64,000 bases of DNA from an uncultured Phycisphaerales bacterium (GCA_963755915.1 CAVWLP010000002.1:2496001-2560000); one strand, 5' to 3'. Shown: positions 1 to 11,959, counted from the first letter of the stretch. The notes: generated from the sequence alone by a model not told the origin. Translations and numbers: made by a program.

Positions 1-20
1 AGAGGGGATTTTGATCATGC

Positions 21-56
21 CTCTTTCTGCGTCTCAGCACCTTTGCGCGAAACCGG
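21..56. repeat. REP-like palindrome family A, right arm (CTCTGCG..CTCAGCG..TGCGCGAAAC)
   Basis: Matches the right arms at 3433-3454+5428-5438 and 22986-23016. Confidence 0.7.
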
Positions 57-500
57 CTTTTTAGCGTTTAAGCTCGGGCAGGGTTGTCGCAAATGCGGAA
101 GTATTTGTCGGTAAATGCGATATTGCTTGATTCTCCGGGCATTGGGTTCACAGCTCGGTTTGGACTGATTTCTTTCTCGTGATTATGAACGATGGGACCT
201 TATTTTGATGCGAATTCAGTTGTGTCCGCCTGGTGGATTGTTAGACTATTTTGTGTCGTTAAGGGAAAAGGGCCGATCCAGGCGTGATCCAATCGGATTT
301 TTCAACGGCCTGACGATCTCGATGTACCCATTGTCAGTCCGCGTTTCGCAGCCCGCTTGGGTCGAAGTGGAAGGAATGATTCAACGAATTTATTAGCGAT
401 TGATTTGGAATTCGTGAGCGCGGCGCTGGGATGAGGCTTTCAAATCGGTGTCCTCAGCGGCGCGATGCGCGTCTGAAGGCGCTAAAAAAAGGAGAAGAGA

Positions 501-1407
501 ATGAAGCGCGGTTCGATCGGCAGTTTTGCGTTTCTGGTGGCGGCGGGTTTTGCGATTTTGGGCTTTACGGGAGAGGTAAGGGCAACGACCAGCTTTGTTT
601 TGCAATCCGACGTTCAGGCGTATTTCGGGTCGCAAACCAACGTGTATGAGGCGTCGAATCCGGTTGTCTTGCCCTGGCCGGCTCCTCCTGCCGGGTCGTA
701 TGCGCCGCACTGCGCCTTTGGTGGGCGTTCCGACGCCACCGGTTTCGCCGGTGTGGCCGGGTTCTGTATCCGGCAATCCGTTTTCGCCGGTTTATTCATC
801 GAGCTTCACCGACGGATTGACACCGCCTACCTCGGCGACATTTGCGATCCTCGCACACAACAACCCGTCCCCGACGCTTGTTTCCGATGACCATATCAAT
901 TTGCCGGTGATGACCCTGGTGCAGAACCTGGGGGCGCCCGGTAATGCGTATGAGCAACTAGACTTTGATGCTGATTACGGCGTTGTTGGCGGCATTTTAG
1001 GGGCATCGACACCCAACTATCCGCTGCATGTTTTCGGGACGGTGGGCGCGGCGAGCACCGACTACGCGCAATTCGACGCGGAAATCAATTACTACTGGCT
1101 GCCGACCACCAGCACCTCTTTCAGCCCGGTGGGAACGCCGGTCTATCTGGGGACGCTGGAATATTCGGCGCTGCAAGTGGGGGGCGGCTCGTTCAATGGG
1201 TTCATCCACCCGACCGGTTCACTGATCGCATCGCCAACCAATTGGGGCGTTTTGGAGATCACCGGCTACATGTACGTCGCGGGCGATCCTTCGAGCATCA
1301 CGGTCTCCGGAGTGCCAGTTCCCGAGCCGACATCGCTTGGCCTGCTGGGCTTCGGTTTGGCAGCGCTGTGCCGGCGGTCGCGGAATCGGCGTGTTTCCGC
1401 TAGCTAA
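501..1407 (+). CDS. PEP-CTERM sorting domain surface protein (paralog 1), frameshifted near 720
   Basis: Signal peptide in ORF 501; ORF 595-1407 ends VPEPTSLGLLGFGLAALCRR; shares motifs with the next two genes. Confidence 0.85.
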
Positions 1408-1470
1408 AAAGTGGTCGACGTGTGCCTTAGGGCAGTGCGGTATGCATGCCGCGAGGCGAAGGAGCAACAG

Positions 1471-2358
1471 ATGAAATGCAATTGGCGGGCGAGCGCCTTG
1501 GCGCTGTCGGCGGCGGTTGGATTTACGATTTTTACTTTTAGCGGTCGGGCATCGGCGCAATCGATGACACTGCTGGACTCGGGCGTGCAGGCGTATTTTG
1601 GATCGCAGGGTTCGGTGTACGAAGCGTCTGATCCGGCGGCCTTGCCGTGGACGGCGCCGGGAACCGGCCCTTACACACCGGGATTGCCGTTGCCGAATGT
1701 TCCGGGGGCGCCGACGCCGCTGGTGTATCCGACGCCGTCGGGCAATGCGTTTGGCGGGGCAGGGTATACCTCGAATTTCAATGACGGGTTCAGTCAGCCG
1801 ACCACCGCGAGCTCGACCATCCAGGCCAACTACAACCCAAGCCCGGCGGTGACTTCGGATGCGAACATTCAGATTCCCTCGTGGACTTTGGCGCAGTCGC
1901 CGGGGGCGCCGAGTTATGCCTACGAGCAACTGGATTTCGCCGCGGATTACATGGTGAACGGCGGGGTGCTGGGGGGATCGACGCCGAATTTTCCGTTATA
2001 CATTTCGGGAAACACTTCGATTGCCACGGGCGTTCCCAGTTACGCTCAGCTTGACGGAGTCGTCACGTATACGTGGGCGACGTACAACCTGATCACAGGG
2101 GTGTTGGGCACGCCGCAGCCATTGGGGCAATTGGATTATTCGTTCCTTCAGCCAAGCAATGTTGGACCGTTTTCGGGGACGGCGATCAGCAGCGGCAGCT
2201 TGCTGGCAACTCCCGCGAGCCAGGGCTTGCTGGAAATCACCGGGGAAATGTGGGTCGCGGGCGATCCGTACAGCATCAGCGTGACATCGGTTCCCGAACC
2301 TTCATCAATCGGATTGTTGGCGATCGGGATTGGAATGATGGGCCGGCGGAAGAGGTAA
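1471..2358 (+). CDS. PEP-CTERM sorting domain surface protein (paralog 2)
   Basis: Signal peptide MKCNWRASALALSAAVG; C-terminus VPEPSSIGLLAIGIGMMGRRKR; AAGGAG RBS. Confidence 0.9.
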   Translation: MKCNWRASALALSAAVGFTIFTFSGRASAQSMTLLDSGVQAYFGSQGSVYEASDPAALPWTAPGTGPYTPGLPLPNVPGAPTPLVYPTPSGNAFGGAGYTSNFNDGFSQPTTASSTIQANYNPSPAVTSDANIQIPSWTLAQSPGAPSYAYEQLDFAADYMVNGGVLGGSTPNFPLYISGNTSIATGVPSYAQLDGVVTYTWATYNLITGVLGTPQPLGQLDYSFLQPSNVGPFSGTAISSGSLLATPASQGLLEITGEMWVAGDPYSISVTSVPEPSSIGLLAIGIGMMGRRKR

Positions 2359-2418
2359 TTCTGAGGCAATTTCGCAATCAGGAAATTCACTGGAAACTCA
2401 ACATTGGGAGGAACGCAT

Positions 2419-3349
2419 ATGAACAGCGGAACTCGATGCGGCTTAGTCGCAGTTGGCGCGGGTCTTTTACTGGCCTTATGCGCCCGGCGTTACAGGGGCA
2501 GATCACCGGGATCGTCAGTTCGGATGTGCAGGGGTTCTTCGGGTCGGCGAATGATTCTTACCAGCAGTCCGAATTTCCCGGCCCTGGGAGCTGGGCTCCC
2601 ATTGGCTTCCCGCTTCCGAACGGTCCGACGCCGCTTCCCGGCGTTCCGAAATTGTACGTCGGTTATCCGAACGCGGTTGCTCCTGTCGTCTCGAACATCG
2701 GCTTCCAGCGCCGGCCGGGCATGCGCCGGGCGCTCCGTTCAGTGATAGCATCACCACTGCCGACTATCACATCTACGGCGGCGACTTCGGTCCATTGACG
2801 AAGACGGGCAATGCCTACGTCCGGCTGGGAAATAACAGCGCAACACTCATGTATTTGGACCAGCCTACGGGGGCCGTGGGTTACGCCTACGAGGAAGAGC
2901 AGTTCGTGATCGATTACAGCGTAGGGCCCAGTGGGCTGCTTCCCAGCCCCACGCCGGGGCCGCGGCCGTATCTGATCTTCGGAAATTTCAACCCCGGCGG
3001 GTCGGCGGAGTTTGGGGCGCAGGTTAACTACTGGTTCCAGCCGACACTTCCGGGAACAACGCTGGCCAATGGGCCGGCTACATTTCTTGGAAATCTGAAT
3101 TACGACGACTACATGAACACCGTAACCGGTCCGTTCTTTACATCCGTATCAGATACGACGGCAGGTCTTTTGGGTGTGCCGGCGGGTTCGATCGGGGTTC
3201 TGGAGTTGACCGGGGATATGTATGTGATGGGTGATCCGGTGGATATCTCGGTGGAGGCGGTGGTTCCTGAGCCGGCGAGCCTGGGGTTAATTGCCACGGC
3301 GGGCTTGCTGCTGTGCCGGCGGCCGAAACTTCACCGCCCGCTGCGCTAG
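2419..3349 (+). CDS. PEP-CTERM sorting domain surface protein (paralog 3), frameshifted
   Basis: Pieces MNSGTRCGLVAVG.., SDVQGFFGS.., YAYEEEQF.., ELTGDMYVMGDP..VPEPASLGL across three ORFs. Confidence 0.85.
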
Positions 3350-3454
3350 AGCAGGCAGAGATTGCGGAGAGAATTCAAGAGGGTCGCGCAGAGCGCTGAG
3401 CGCGGAGAGGGGCAGGATTCGAGTTTCTTCTCTCTCTGCGCCTCAGCGCCTCTG

Positions 3455-5427
3455 GTGCGTCAGTGAAACCGGTTTTGTCTTGTGAACTGAAAGGAGTTCA
3501 CCATGGAATGACCCGTTAGCCGTGTAGCCGCCCGGGCGTGACGACGGAGCAATCGGTCGCGCGAAGCCCCGGAAGGCGAAGGCGCGAGCCGTAGCGTTAA
3601 GCGAACCCAAACCAGCCTCGTTACGCCAATGGGAGTGGCCAACCCGTCAGAGAGGGCCAAGCCGGCGCGGACGATGAAGCAGCGGGTGCGAGCAATCGTC
3701 CGGCTCCTCGGGGTCGATGGGGACGGCGCGTGCCGACAGACAAGATCGGGAACTGAGAGACCCCACGCATCGTTGTGCGGCTCGTTGAAAAGACATAACC
3801 AAGGGACGGGAAGCGTGGGGAGTCGGATGGGCTCATAGTAGCTGAGAAGCGGGGTAATGCCCGTGAGCGGAGGCGAAGCCTGCCGCGAGCCAAGGAGCCC
3901 TGACGGTATCGAGCGGAAGTAAGAAGAAGAGAGGCCCGCTTGCAGGGACAACCTGACAGTACGGATGATCCGACAGACTTGCCGGAGCACCTGAGGGTGA
4001 ACTCCAGGGGTCTGCCGGGGAAAGTCTTTCTTCTGAGACAGAAGCTATACCTCAAAGCCAAGCGGGAACCGGGGTTTCGGTTTTACACCTTGTACGACCG
4101 GATCTGCCGGCGCGATGTTCTGGAAGCGGCGTGGGACCGGGTGTCCGCCAACGGCGGGGCGCCCGGCTTGGACGGGGTGAGCATCGAGAAGGTGCAAAAC
4201 TCCGAGCACGGCGTCAGTGGATTCCTGAGCGAGATCGAAGAATCGCTCAAGACCCGCACCTACCGCCCGCAGCCGGTGAAGCGCGTGTACATTCCCAAAG
4301 CCAACGGCAAGCGGCGTCCATTGGGCATCCCCACGATCCGAGATCGCGTGGTGCAGATGGCGGTGCTGCTGCTCATCGAGCCGATCTTCGAGGCGGATTT
4401 CCTGGACTGTTCGTATGGATTCCGTCCCGGTCGCTCGGCTCACGATGCGCTGGAGGCGATCAAGCAAAACCTCCAGCAGGGCCGAAGGGAAGTGTATGAC
4501 GCGGATTTGCAGTCGTACTTCGACACGATTCCCCATGAGAAACTGATGGCGTGTGTCCAGAAGCGGATCACGGACGGAAGCGTGCTGAAGCTGATCCGGA
4601 TGTGGCTGAAGGCGGTGATCGTCGAAGAAGGCGAGAAGCCCGGCGATCCACCGAAAGTCACCCGGAGCAAACAGGGAACGCCGCAGGGCGGAGTGATCTC
4701 GCCGCTGCTGGCCAACCTATATCTGCACTGGTTTGATAAATTGTTCCACCGATCCGATGGCCCGCATCGCTGGGCGAACGCCCGGCTGATCCGGTACGCC
4801 GACGACTTTGTCATCATGGCAAGGTATATAGGCCCTCAGATCAAGCAGTTCGTGGAACGCACGCTGCAAGGCCGGTTTGATCTGACGATCAACACCGACA
4901 AGACCCGCACGGTGAAGTTGAAAGAGCCGGGCGAAAGTCTGAACTTTCTCGGGTACAGGTTCCGGTACGACCGGAGCCTGCAAGGCGGGCCGGGGCGTTA
5001 TCTGAACCTCTGTCCTTCGAGCAAGTCGATGCAGCGTGAGCGGGACAAATTGCGGGAGATGACCGGACCCGAAGCAGGCTTTGTGCCCATCCCGGCGTTG
5101 ATCGTACAGATCAACGAGCACCTGAGAGGATGGGCCAACTACTTCGGCAAAGGCTATCCGCGCAAGGCGTTCCGTCAGATCAACCGATTTGTGCAGGAGC
5201 GACTGGAACGACACCTTAAACGTCGCAGCCAGCGTCCGTTCCGTGTGCGCGGAGCGAGGAGCTGGTACGAACAGTTGCAGCGTCTGGGCCTCATCAGCCT
5301 GCGACCTGTTCCGACCGTGAATGCTTGAGAAGAACAATACCGTGAGAGCCGGATGCGGGAAACCCGCTCGTCCGGTTCGAAGAGGGAGAGCTGAGCGGCA
5401 ATCGGGTCGTTCAGTTCTCTACTCTAC
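3455..5427 (+). mobile_element. Group II intron (IIB-like: AGC triad, full-length domain V; En-minus IEP)
   Basis: 5' GTGCG at 3455; domain V GAGCCGGATGCGGGAAACCCGCTCGTCCGGTTC at ~5346-5378; domain VI ends CTACTCTAC at 5427; the flanks rejoin into an intact repeat. Confidence 0.93.
3940..5328 (+). CDS. ltrA: Group II intron reverse transcriptase/maturase
   Basis: [32 protein letters not shown] and maturase LRGWANYF motifs; no HNH domain. Confidence 0.96.
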   Translation: MQGQPDSTDDPTDLPEHLRVNSRGLPGKVFLLRQKLYLKAKREPGFRFYTLYDRICRRDVLEAAWDRVSANGGAPGLDGVSIEKVQNSEHGVSGFLSEIEESLKTRTYRPQPVKRVYIPKANGKRRPLGIPTIRDRVVQMAVLLLIEPIFEADFLDCSYGFRPGRSAHDALEAIKQNLQQGRREVYDADLQSYFDTIPHEKLMACVQKRITDGSVLKLIRMWLKAVIVEEGEKPGDPPKVTRSKQGTPQGGVISPLLANLYLHWFDKLFHRSDGPHRWANARLIRYADDFVIMARYIGPQIKQFVERTLQGRFDLTINTDKTRTVKLKEPGESLNFLGYRFRYDRSLQGGPGRYLNLCPSSKSMQRERDKLREMTGPEAGFVPIPALIVQINEHLRGWANYFGKGYPRKAFRQINRFVQERLERHLKRRSQRPFRVRGARSWYEQLQRLGLISLRPVPTVNA

Positions 5428-5508
5428 CGCGAAACCCGCATTTTATTTTTATAGCTTGGGCGGGGAAGTAGATTGCCAAAAAACCGATCCGGTGCGGGCT
5501 CTCTTTGC

Positions 5509-5580
5509 TCTTCCTGGCGCCCTTGGCGTCTTGGCGGTTATAAAGATTTTTAACCGCCAAGACGCCAAGAGCGCCAAGAA
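5509..5580. repeat. REP-like palindrome family C (AACCGCCAAGACGCCAAG inverted pair)
   Basis: CTTGGCGTCTTGGCGGTTA...TAACCGCCAAGACGCCAAG; related copies at 27671/29167 and 52840-52868. Confidence 0.85.
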
Positions 5581-5809
5581 ATGCAAGAACGGAAATAACA
5601 GGAATTGCGCCCTGTGCGGGAGGCGCAGGACATCGCGGAGACAAGTTTATCCCCGTGCTACTGGCGGTTAGAAAAACTGATTAATTGCGTAATAAGAATT
5701 GATAACCACGGATTACACGGATTGCCCGGATGGGAAAGAGGCCCGATTCCCTGTCGGTGACATCCGCGTAATCCCCGGCGGAAAATTCATTTCCCAGAAG
5801 CGAAAATTA

Positions 5810-6413
5810 TCATCCCGGCTTGGTGATTTTCTCTTCGCTCGCGGGTGAAAGCGTCTCCACGATCCGCGCCACAATCTCTGCCGGCTCGGTCATCCGGCCA
5901 AGTCCAACATTGCGGCAGGCGAGCCAGCCCGGCTCGGGGCCGATGAAGCGGTAGCCGAGGCCGCTGAGCTTTGTGACGTTCTGCTGGTTGATTGGGTTCT
6001 CCCACATGCGGTTGTTCATCGCGGGGGCGAAGATGACCGGGCAGGCGGCGGCGCTGGTCATCAGGCTGATCAGATCATCCGTCAGGCCGGTGGCGATTTT
6101 GGCGAGGATGTTGGCCGTCGCGGGGGCGACGAGCATCAGATCTGCTCGCTCGGTCAGGGCGATGTGCTGGGGGTCGGAACTGTCGGGGAGATCGAAGATG
6201 CCGGTGTGGACGGGGCGTGCCGGAGAGGGCCTGGAAGGTGAGCGGGGCGACGAATTTCTGGGCGTCGGGGGTCATGGCGACTGTTACGCCGGCACCCAAC
6301 TGCACCAGCTTGCTGACTACGTCCGCGACTTTGTACGCGGCGATGCCGCCGCAGACGCCGACGATGATCTCGCGACCCTTTAGCGTGTCGGGATTGGGAG
6401 GGGGTGGGGGCAT
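5810..6413 (-). CDS. coaC: Phosphopantothenoylcysteine decarboxylase (stand-alone CoaC flavoprotein), frameshifted
   Basis: GVCGGIAAYK, LVAPATANILAK, APAMN and GLGRMTEP motifs. Confidence 0.88.
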
Positions 6414-6467
6414 CTGGTTTTCTTGCGGCGAGCCGTTCGGCAGGCTCACGGCGAGCAAGCTCGCCGG

Positions 6468-6708
6468 CTACACGAATGGCGCGATTCGACTTCTTCGGGG
6501 GCGATCAGGCCGCTGGCTTCGTAATCAATCGCGATTTTGTCCTGCAGGACTTCCTGGATGGCGACTTCCAGGTCGGTCATGTTGTGGCGCTCGACCAGGG
6601 GGCGGCGCCGTCCATGAGTTCGAGGACGCGTTTCTGGATGAGGGCGGTGAGCTTAAAACGGCCGCCGACTTTGGCCACGATTTGATCGCTCTTCAGTGCT
6701 TCAATCAT
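6468..6708 (-). CDS. rpoZ: RNA polymerase omega subunit, frameshifted
   Basis: Manual translation MIEALKSDQIVAKVGGRFKLTALIQKRVLELMDG...DLEVAIQEVLQDKI; lies between gmk and coaC. Confidence 0.85.
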
Positions 6709-6711
6709 AGA

Positions 6712-7306
6712 TTAGAGGCCTCCACTGCGTTTGTGTTTGATGATCTTGACGATTTCCTCGACCGCGCGGTTGAGATCGTCGTTAATAACCATGTAATCGA
6801 AGGCGCGGCTTCCTTTGGCCATGTGAATTTCGCGTTTTGCGGCCCGGAAGCGTTTGGCGATTTCTTCTGAGCTGTCCCGGCCACGGGCCTGGAGACGATG
6901 CAGAAGTGTAGGCTCGTCGGGCGGTAGAATGAAGATAGTCAAAGCCTGGGGATATTGAAAGCGCACCTGAAGTGCCCCCTGGACGTCAATTTCGAGCAAA
7001 ATGTCCTTTCCGGGGGCCAAAAGATCGAGGGCGGGGTGCTTGGGGGTGCCGTAATAATCGTCGTAAACCTGGGCATATTCGAGGAATTCGTCGCCGTCGA
7101 GGCGGTGGAAGAACTCTTCGCGGGAGACGTGGTCGTATTTTTTGCCCTGGTCTTCCTCGCCGGGGCGATGGGGGCGGGTGGTGGCGCTGACGATGTAGGT
7201 GACGTTGAAGTTGTGCTCGATCTGGCGGGAGATGGTGCTCTTACCGACGCCGGAGGGGCCGCAGAGGACGATCAGCAGGCCGGGATGTTTCGTGGGGTGC
7301 GGGCAT
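6712..7306 (-). CDS. gmk: Guanylate kinase, frameshifted
   Basis: GPSGVGKST P-loop; ILLEIDVQGALQV, IFILPP and DYMVINDDL motifs. Confidence 0.92.
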
Positions 7307-7312
7307 TGAAAT

Positions 7313-8193
7313 TTATTCCACGTTCTGGACCTGTTCCTTGAGCCGGTCGATGTCGCCCTTGATTTCGACGATGTGGGCGGCGATCTGGGCGTCGTTGGCT
7401 TTCGAGGCGATGGTGTTGGCCTCGCGAAGCATTTCCTGGGCGATGAAGTCGAGCTTGCGGCCGGCGTGCTCGCCGGTCTTGCAGGCGTGCTCGAAGGCTT
7501 CGAGATGGCTGGTGAGGCGCTGGATTTCCTCGCTGATGTCGGCGCGTTCGGCGAAGACGGCGACTTCCTTGAGAAGATCGGGCTGGCTGACTTGAAGCTC
7601 GGCCTTGCTGAGGAGCAGGTTCACGCGCTGGGTCAGGCGCTTGTGATAGTCTTCGATGACGGTGGGGCGCGTTTCTGGATTTCGGCCAGATCGGAGGAGA
7701 TCGGCTGGAGTGCTTGAGCAGATCGGTCATGAGCGACTGTCCCTCGCGGGTGCGCATGGCGATGAGCTTGCCGATGGCGGTGTTGGTGAGGTCGCGGATG
7801 ACGTTGCCGTGGTGGGCGATTTCATCGGTTTCGTCGCGTGGTTCCTGGCAGACGCCGGGGAGCTGGACGAGGCTGGCGAGGTCGATCTGGACGATCTTGT
7901 CGAGGCCGCTGCACCTGCTGGAGCTGTTCGAGATAGGCGGTGAGGGCGTGGGTGTTGAGGTGGTAGGCGGCCTCGGCGCTGTCGGTGCGCATCTTGAGGA
8001 TATAGGTGATGGAGCCGCGGCCGAGGCGTTCGCGGAGAATGGTTTCGAGCTCGGGTTCCAGTCCGCTGACGTTGTCGGGGAGTTTGATGACGGATTTGAA
8101 GAATCGGTTGTTGAGGGAGCGGATTTCGACGGAGTAGTGGGTTCCGTCGCGTTCGTCGGAGGCGTCGCCAAATCCGGTCATGCTGACGATCAT
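7313..8193 (-). CDS. yicC: YicC/YloC family endoribonuclease, frameshifted
   Basis: MIVSMTGFG..EIRSLNNRF; DISEEIQRL..GRKLDFIAQEMLREANTIASK..EQVQNVE. Confidence 0.92.
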
Positions 8194-8221
8194 GCGGGGT
8201 GTTTCCGTGAAGTTTGGGGGG

Positions 8222-8535
8222 CTAGTGGCCGGTTGGGGGCGTCTGGGTTGGGACTTGCTGGGTTTGCCCGCCGAAGTGGGCGTGCGCTGGGACGCGTCGA
8301 ATTTTTCGGCGACGAGGTTCAGGACCATTGCCAGGATGATGAAGACAGCGAAGACGATGCTGGTAGCCCAGGTGAGGACGTCGCCGGTTTTGGCGCCGAA
8401 GGCGGTGTTTCCGCCCGCGCCACCGAAGGCGCTGGAGAGGCCTCCGCCGCGGCCTTTCTGGATCAGGACGAGGAGGATCAGGATGCCGGACATGAAGAGG
8501 AAGAGGAGGAGGAAGGTCCAGTAGAGATAGAACAT
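8222..8535 (-). CDS. secG: Preprotein translocase subunit SecG
   Basis: LVLIQKGRGGGLSSAFGGAGGNTAFG and two TM helices; 3' end is frameshifted and approximate. Confidence 0.9.
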
Positions 8536-8658
8536 TGTTGGCTCCGTTAGATCATGGGCAGATACGTCGCGGCCCTTTTGGGAGATCGAAGAGCGCCCTG
8601 CAAACAGGGCGGCTACACGGGGAGAAGAGGGAAAATCGGTCGCGATCTCTTGGTTTCA

Positions 8659-9406
8659 TTATAGCGCCGCATTTGCGATGGCTAAAAAGGTTTCGGGTTT
8701 GAGGGCTGCGCCACCGATCAGGCCGCCGTCGACATCCGGCTGGGAGAGAAGGCCCTTGGCGTTTTCGGGCTTCATGCTGCCGCCGTATTGAATGCGGACA
8801 TGGTCGGCGAAATCGTTATTCCAGATTTTGGCAATGTGCTGGCGGATAAAGGCGTGGACTTCCTGGGCCTGGGCGTCGGTGGCGTTCGGCCGGTGCCGAT
8901 GGCCCAGACGGGCTCGTAGGCGATGACGAGGCGGGTGGGGTCCTGGATAGAGTGTGGAGAGTTCGTCGAGCTGGCGGCTGCAGATTTCGTTAAGGTCTCG
9001 CCGGCATCGCGCTGCTCGAGTTTTTCGCCGACGCAGTGGATGAGCGTCAGTCCGCCATCGTAGATGGCTTGGGCTTTGCGGGAGACGATTTCGTGAGGTT
9101 TCGCCGAGGACATGGCGGCGTTCGCTGTGGCCGGCGAGGACGAATTTCACGCCGAAGTCTTTGAGCATTTCGACGGAAATTTCGCCGGTGAAGGCGCCGT
9201 TTTTTTCGAAATAGACATCCTGGCGCCCAGCAGGACGGAGGAGCCGGCGATGGCCTGGGAGACGGCATCGAGATAGACAAAGGGCGGGGCGATGCCGACC
9301 TGGACGCCGGCGGGCGCACCTTTGGCGACGGCTTTGGCCAGGTCGATGGCGGCGGCCTTGACGTGTTCATTTTCCAGTTACCGGCGACGAATTTGGTTCG
9401 GGACAT
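8659..9406 (-). CDS. tpiA: Triosephosphate isomerase, multiple frameshifts
   Basis: VAGNWKMN, GHSERRH, IAYEPVWAIGTG, YGGS and DVDGGLIGGA motifs. Confidence 0.95.
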
Positions 9407-9453
9407 TATTACTCCATTGAACAAACATGGACGCGTTTCCCTTCGGGGCGCGG

Positions 9454-10517
9454 CTAAACGGAGGCGCGTGCGGGTTCGGAGCTTTCAGCGAATTCCTTGT
9501 TGAAGATCGCGGCGATTTTTCGGAGTTGGATCATCAGTTCGCGGAACGTTTCGGGCAGCAGCGCCTGGGGACCGTCGCATTGGGCTTCGCTGGGGCAGTA
9601 GTGGACCTCGACGATGATGCCATGGGCGCCGGCGGCCATTCCGGCGGCGGCGATGCTGGGGACGTAATCGCGTTTGCCGGCGGCGTGGCTGGGATCGACG
9701 ATGATCGGCAGGTGCGTCCAGCCCTGGGCGACGGGGATGCTGGTGACGTCCAGGGTGTAGCGAATGGAGTCTTCAAAGGTCTTGATGCCGCGCTCGCAGA
9801 GGATGACGCCGCGATTTCCCTGGCTGAGGACGTATTCGGCGGAGAGGAGCCAGTCCTTGACGGTGGCGGCGAGGCCGCGCTTGAGGAGGACAGGCTTTCG
9901 GGTTTTGCCGACCTCGCGGAGGAGGTCGAAATTCTGCATGTTGCGGGCGCCGATCTGGAAGCAGTCGACGAATTTTTCCATCTGCTCGACCTGGCGGGTG
10001 TCCATGACTTCGACGCAGATGGGCAGGCCGAGCTCGTCGCCGACATTCGCGCATCCACTGGAGGGCGGAGGTTCCGAGGCCCTGGAAGGAGTAGGGGCTG
10101 GTGCGGGGCTTGTAGACCCCGCCGCGGAGAATGGTGGCGCCGCCTTCGCGGACTTCGCGGGCGATGCGTTCGAGCATGGGGCGGTTTTCGACGGCGCAGG
10201 GCCCGGCGATGCAGGCGGCGTGGGGACCGCCGATTTTCACCTTGGGGACGTTTCCCCCGCCGATTTCGACGATGCTGTCATCCTCCTGGAACTCGCGGCT
10301 GGCGAGCTTGTAGGGCTTCATGATGGGGACGACTTTTTCTACGCCGTCGAGGGAGGCGAGGTGGTTCTGGTCGATGAGGCCTTCTTCGCCGACGGCGCCG
10401 ATGACGGTGCGGAAGCGTCCCGGTGCTGAGGTGGGGCTGGCAGCCCATGCGCTGGATTTCGGAGACGACGCGGTCGATAGCCGCCTGGGGGGCGTGTGAA
10501 GCCATTACGACGATCAA
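9454..10517 (-). CDS. aroF: 3-deoxy-7-phosphoheptulonate (DAHP) synthase, type I-beta, frameshifted
   Basis: MIVVM N-terminal domain; IAGPCAVE, KPRTSPYSFQG, QIGARNMQNF and DPSH motifs. Confidence 0.93.
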
Positions 10518-10684
10518 GCGAATTCTCCAGTGAAAAGACGGTTTCTGTGCCCTACGAGGGGGTAAGGGGTTATTTTACGGGGTGGGAAGGGGAGAAACAA
10601 TATGGGTCAATTGCCGATTGCCGATTGCTCCCGGCGCGCCGGGACCGAATGGAAATGCGGGAAATGCGTGCTCTGCGGTGAGAT

Positions 10685-11959
10685 TTATGCGTGTTCGGGG
10701 ACGGGGTGGGGAAGGATTTCGATTTTGACGCGTTTGATGCGTTGGGGTTCGGCTTCGAGGACGGTGTAGCGGGTTTTGTCGTGTTCGTAGACGGCGCCTT
10801 TTTCGGGGATGCGGGCGAGGCTGGTGGTGAGGAAACCGGCGAGGGTTTCGTAGCCGGCGTCTTCGGGGAGGTTCAGGCCGGCTTGGCGGTTTAGGTCCTC
10901 GATTCTTATGCGGGCGTCGGCGTCTACGGTTTTGTCGTCGATTTTTTTGAGCATTGCGGGTTCGTCGGCGTCGTGCTCGTCGGCCATCTCGCCGACGAGT
11001 TCTTCCAAAACATCTTCCAGCGTGACGATGCCCGCCGTCGAGCCGTATTCGTCGAGGACGACGGCGAAGTGGACCTTCTGGTGTCGGAAGTCGCTGAGTA
11101 GGTCGCCGAGGGCTTTGGTTTCGGGGACGTAGATGGCGGGGCGCACGATCTGGCGGATCTGGAATTGGGGATTAGGGTTGCCGAGGAGCTTGATGAGGTC
11201 GCGGGCGTGGAGGATGCCGACGACGTGGTCGAGATTTTTTTCGAAGACGGGGATGCGCGAATGGCGGGATTCCTCGATGGTGCGCTTGACCTGGTCGAGC
11301 GAGGCATCGGTGGGAAGGGCGATGACGTCGGGGCGGGTGGTCATGATGTGGCCGGCGGTGGTGTTGCGGAATTCGATGACCGATTCGATCATCTCGCGTT
11401 CCTGCTCGTCGACGACGCCTTCTTTTTCGCCCTCCTCGACGGCGGATAGGATTTCATCCTCGATGTTCTCCTCGCTCTGATGTTCCTGGGCGCCCAGCGC
11501 GCGGCGGACGACGTCGTCGGTGCGGTGCATGAGCTTGGGGATGGGGAAAAAGATCAGGCGGAGATAGTGAAGGACGGGGGCGAAGAAGCCGACGATTTCC
11601 GAGCCGGCGTATTTTGCGGCAGCGTGGGGAATGGTGACGGCGAAGAAGATGGCGATCGCGCCGGCGACGATGACGGTGAGCGCATAACGAACCCATCGTC
11701 CGTATTCGGTCTGCTCGAAGCAGGCGAAGACCAGCACGAAGATGAGCATGTTGGAGACCTGGCGGAGGATGGCGGTGAGGAAGGTGAGGTCGGAGGTGTT
11801 TTCGATGATGGTTTCATACCAGCGGTCGGCGTCGCGCTTGCCGAGGAATTCAGCGAAGCGGGTGCGGGAGAATTCGCGCAGGCAGTAGGTGAGGGTGGAG
11901 AAGAAGAAGGAGAGGAGGGATGCGAGAACCACGCCGGCGATGGTGAGGGAAAGGGACAT
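10685..11959 (-). CDS. HlyC/CorC family protein (CNNM + CBS + CorC domains)
   Basis: TM N-terminus, HSRIPV, VLDEYGSTAGIVTLEDVLEELVGE, YETLAG. Confidence 0.92.
   Translation of the reverse strand: MSLSLTIAGVVLASLLSFFFSTLTYCLREFSRTRFAEFLGKRDADRWYETIIENTSDLTFLTAILRQVSNMLIFVLVFACFEQTEYGRWVRYALTVIVAGAIAIFFAVTIPHAAAKYAGSEIVGFFAPVLHYLRLIFFPIPKLMHRTDDVVRRALGAQEHQSEENIEDEILSAVEEGEKEGVVDEQEREMIESVIEFRNTTAGHIMTTRPDVIALPTDASLDQVKRTIEESRHSRIPVFEKNLDHVVGILHARDLIKLLGNPNPQFQIRQIVRPAIYVPETKALGDLLSDFRHQKVHFAVVLDEYGSTAGIVTLEDVLEELVGEMADEHDADEPAMLKKIDDKTVDADARIRIEDLNRQAGLNLPEDAGYETLAGFLTTSLARIPEKGAVYEHDKTRYTVLEAEPQRIKRVKIEILPHPVPEHA

Noticed and set aside
501-5427. Diversity-generating retroelement or retron acting on the PEP-CTERM paralogs
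   Set aside because: The RT has a maturase domain and full intron RNA ends. No template/variable repeat pair with adenine-specific mismatches was seen.
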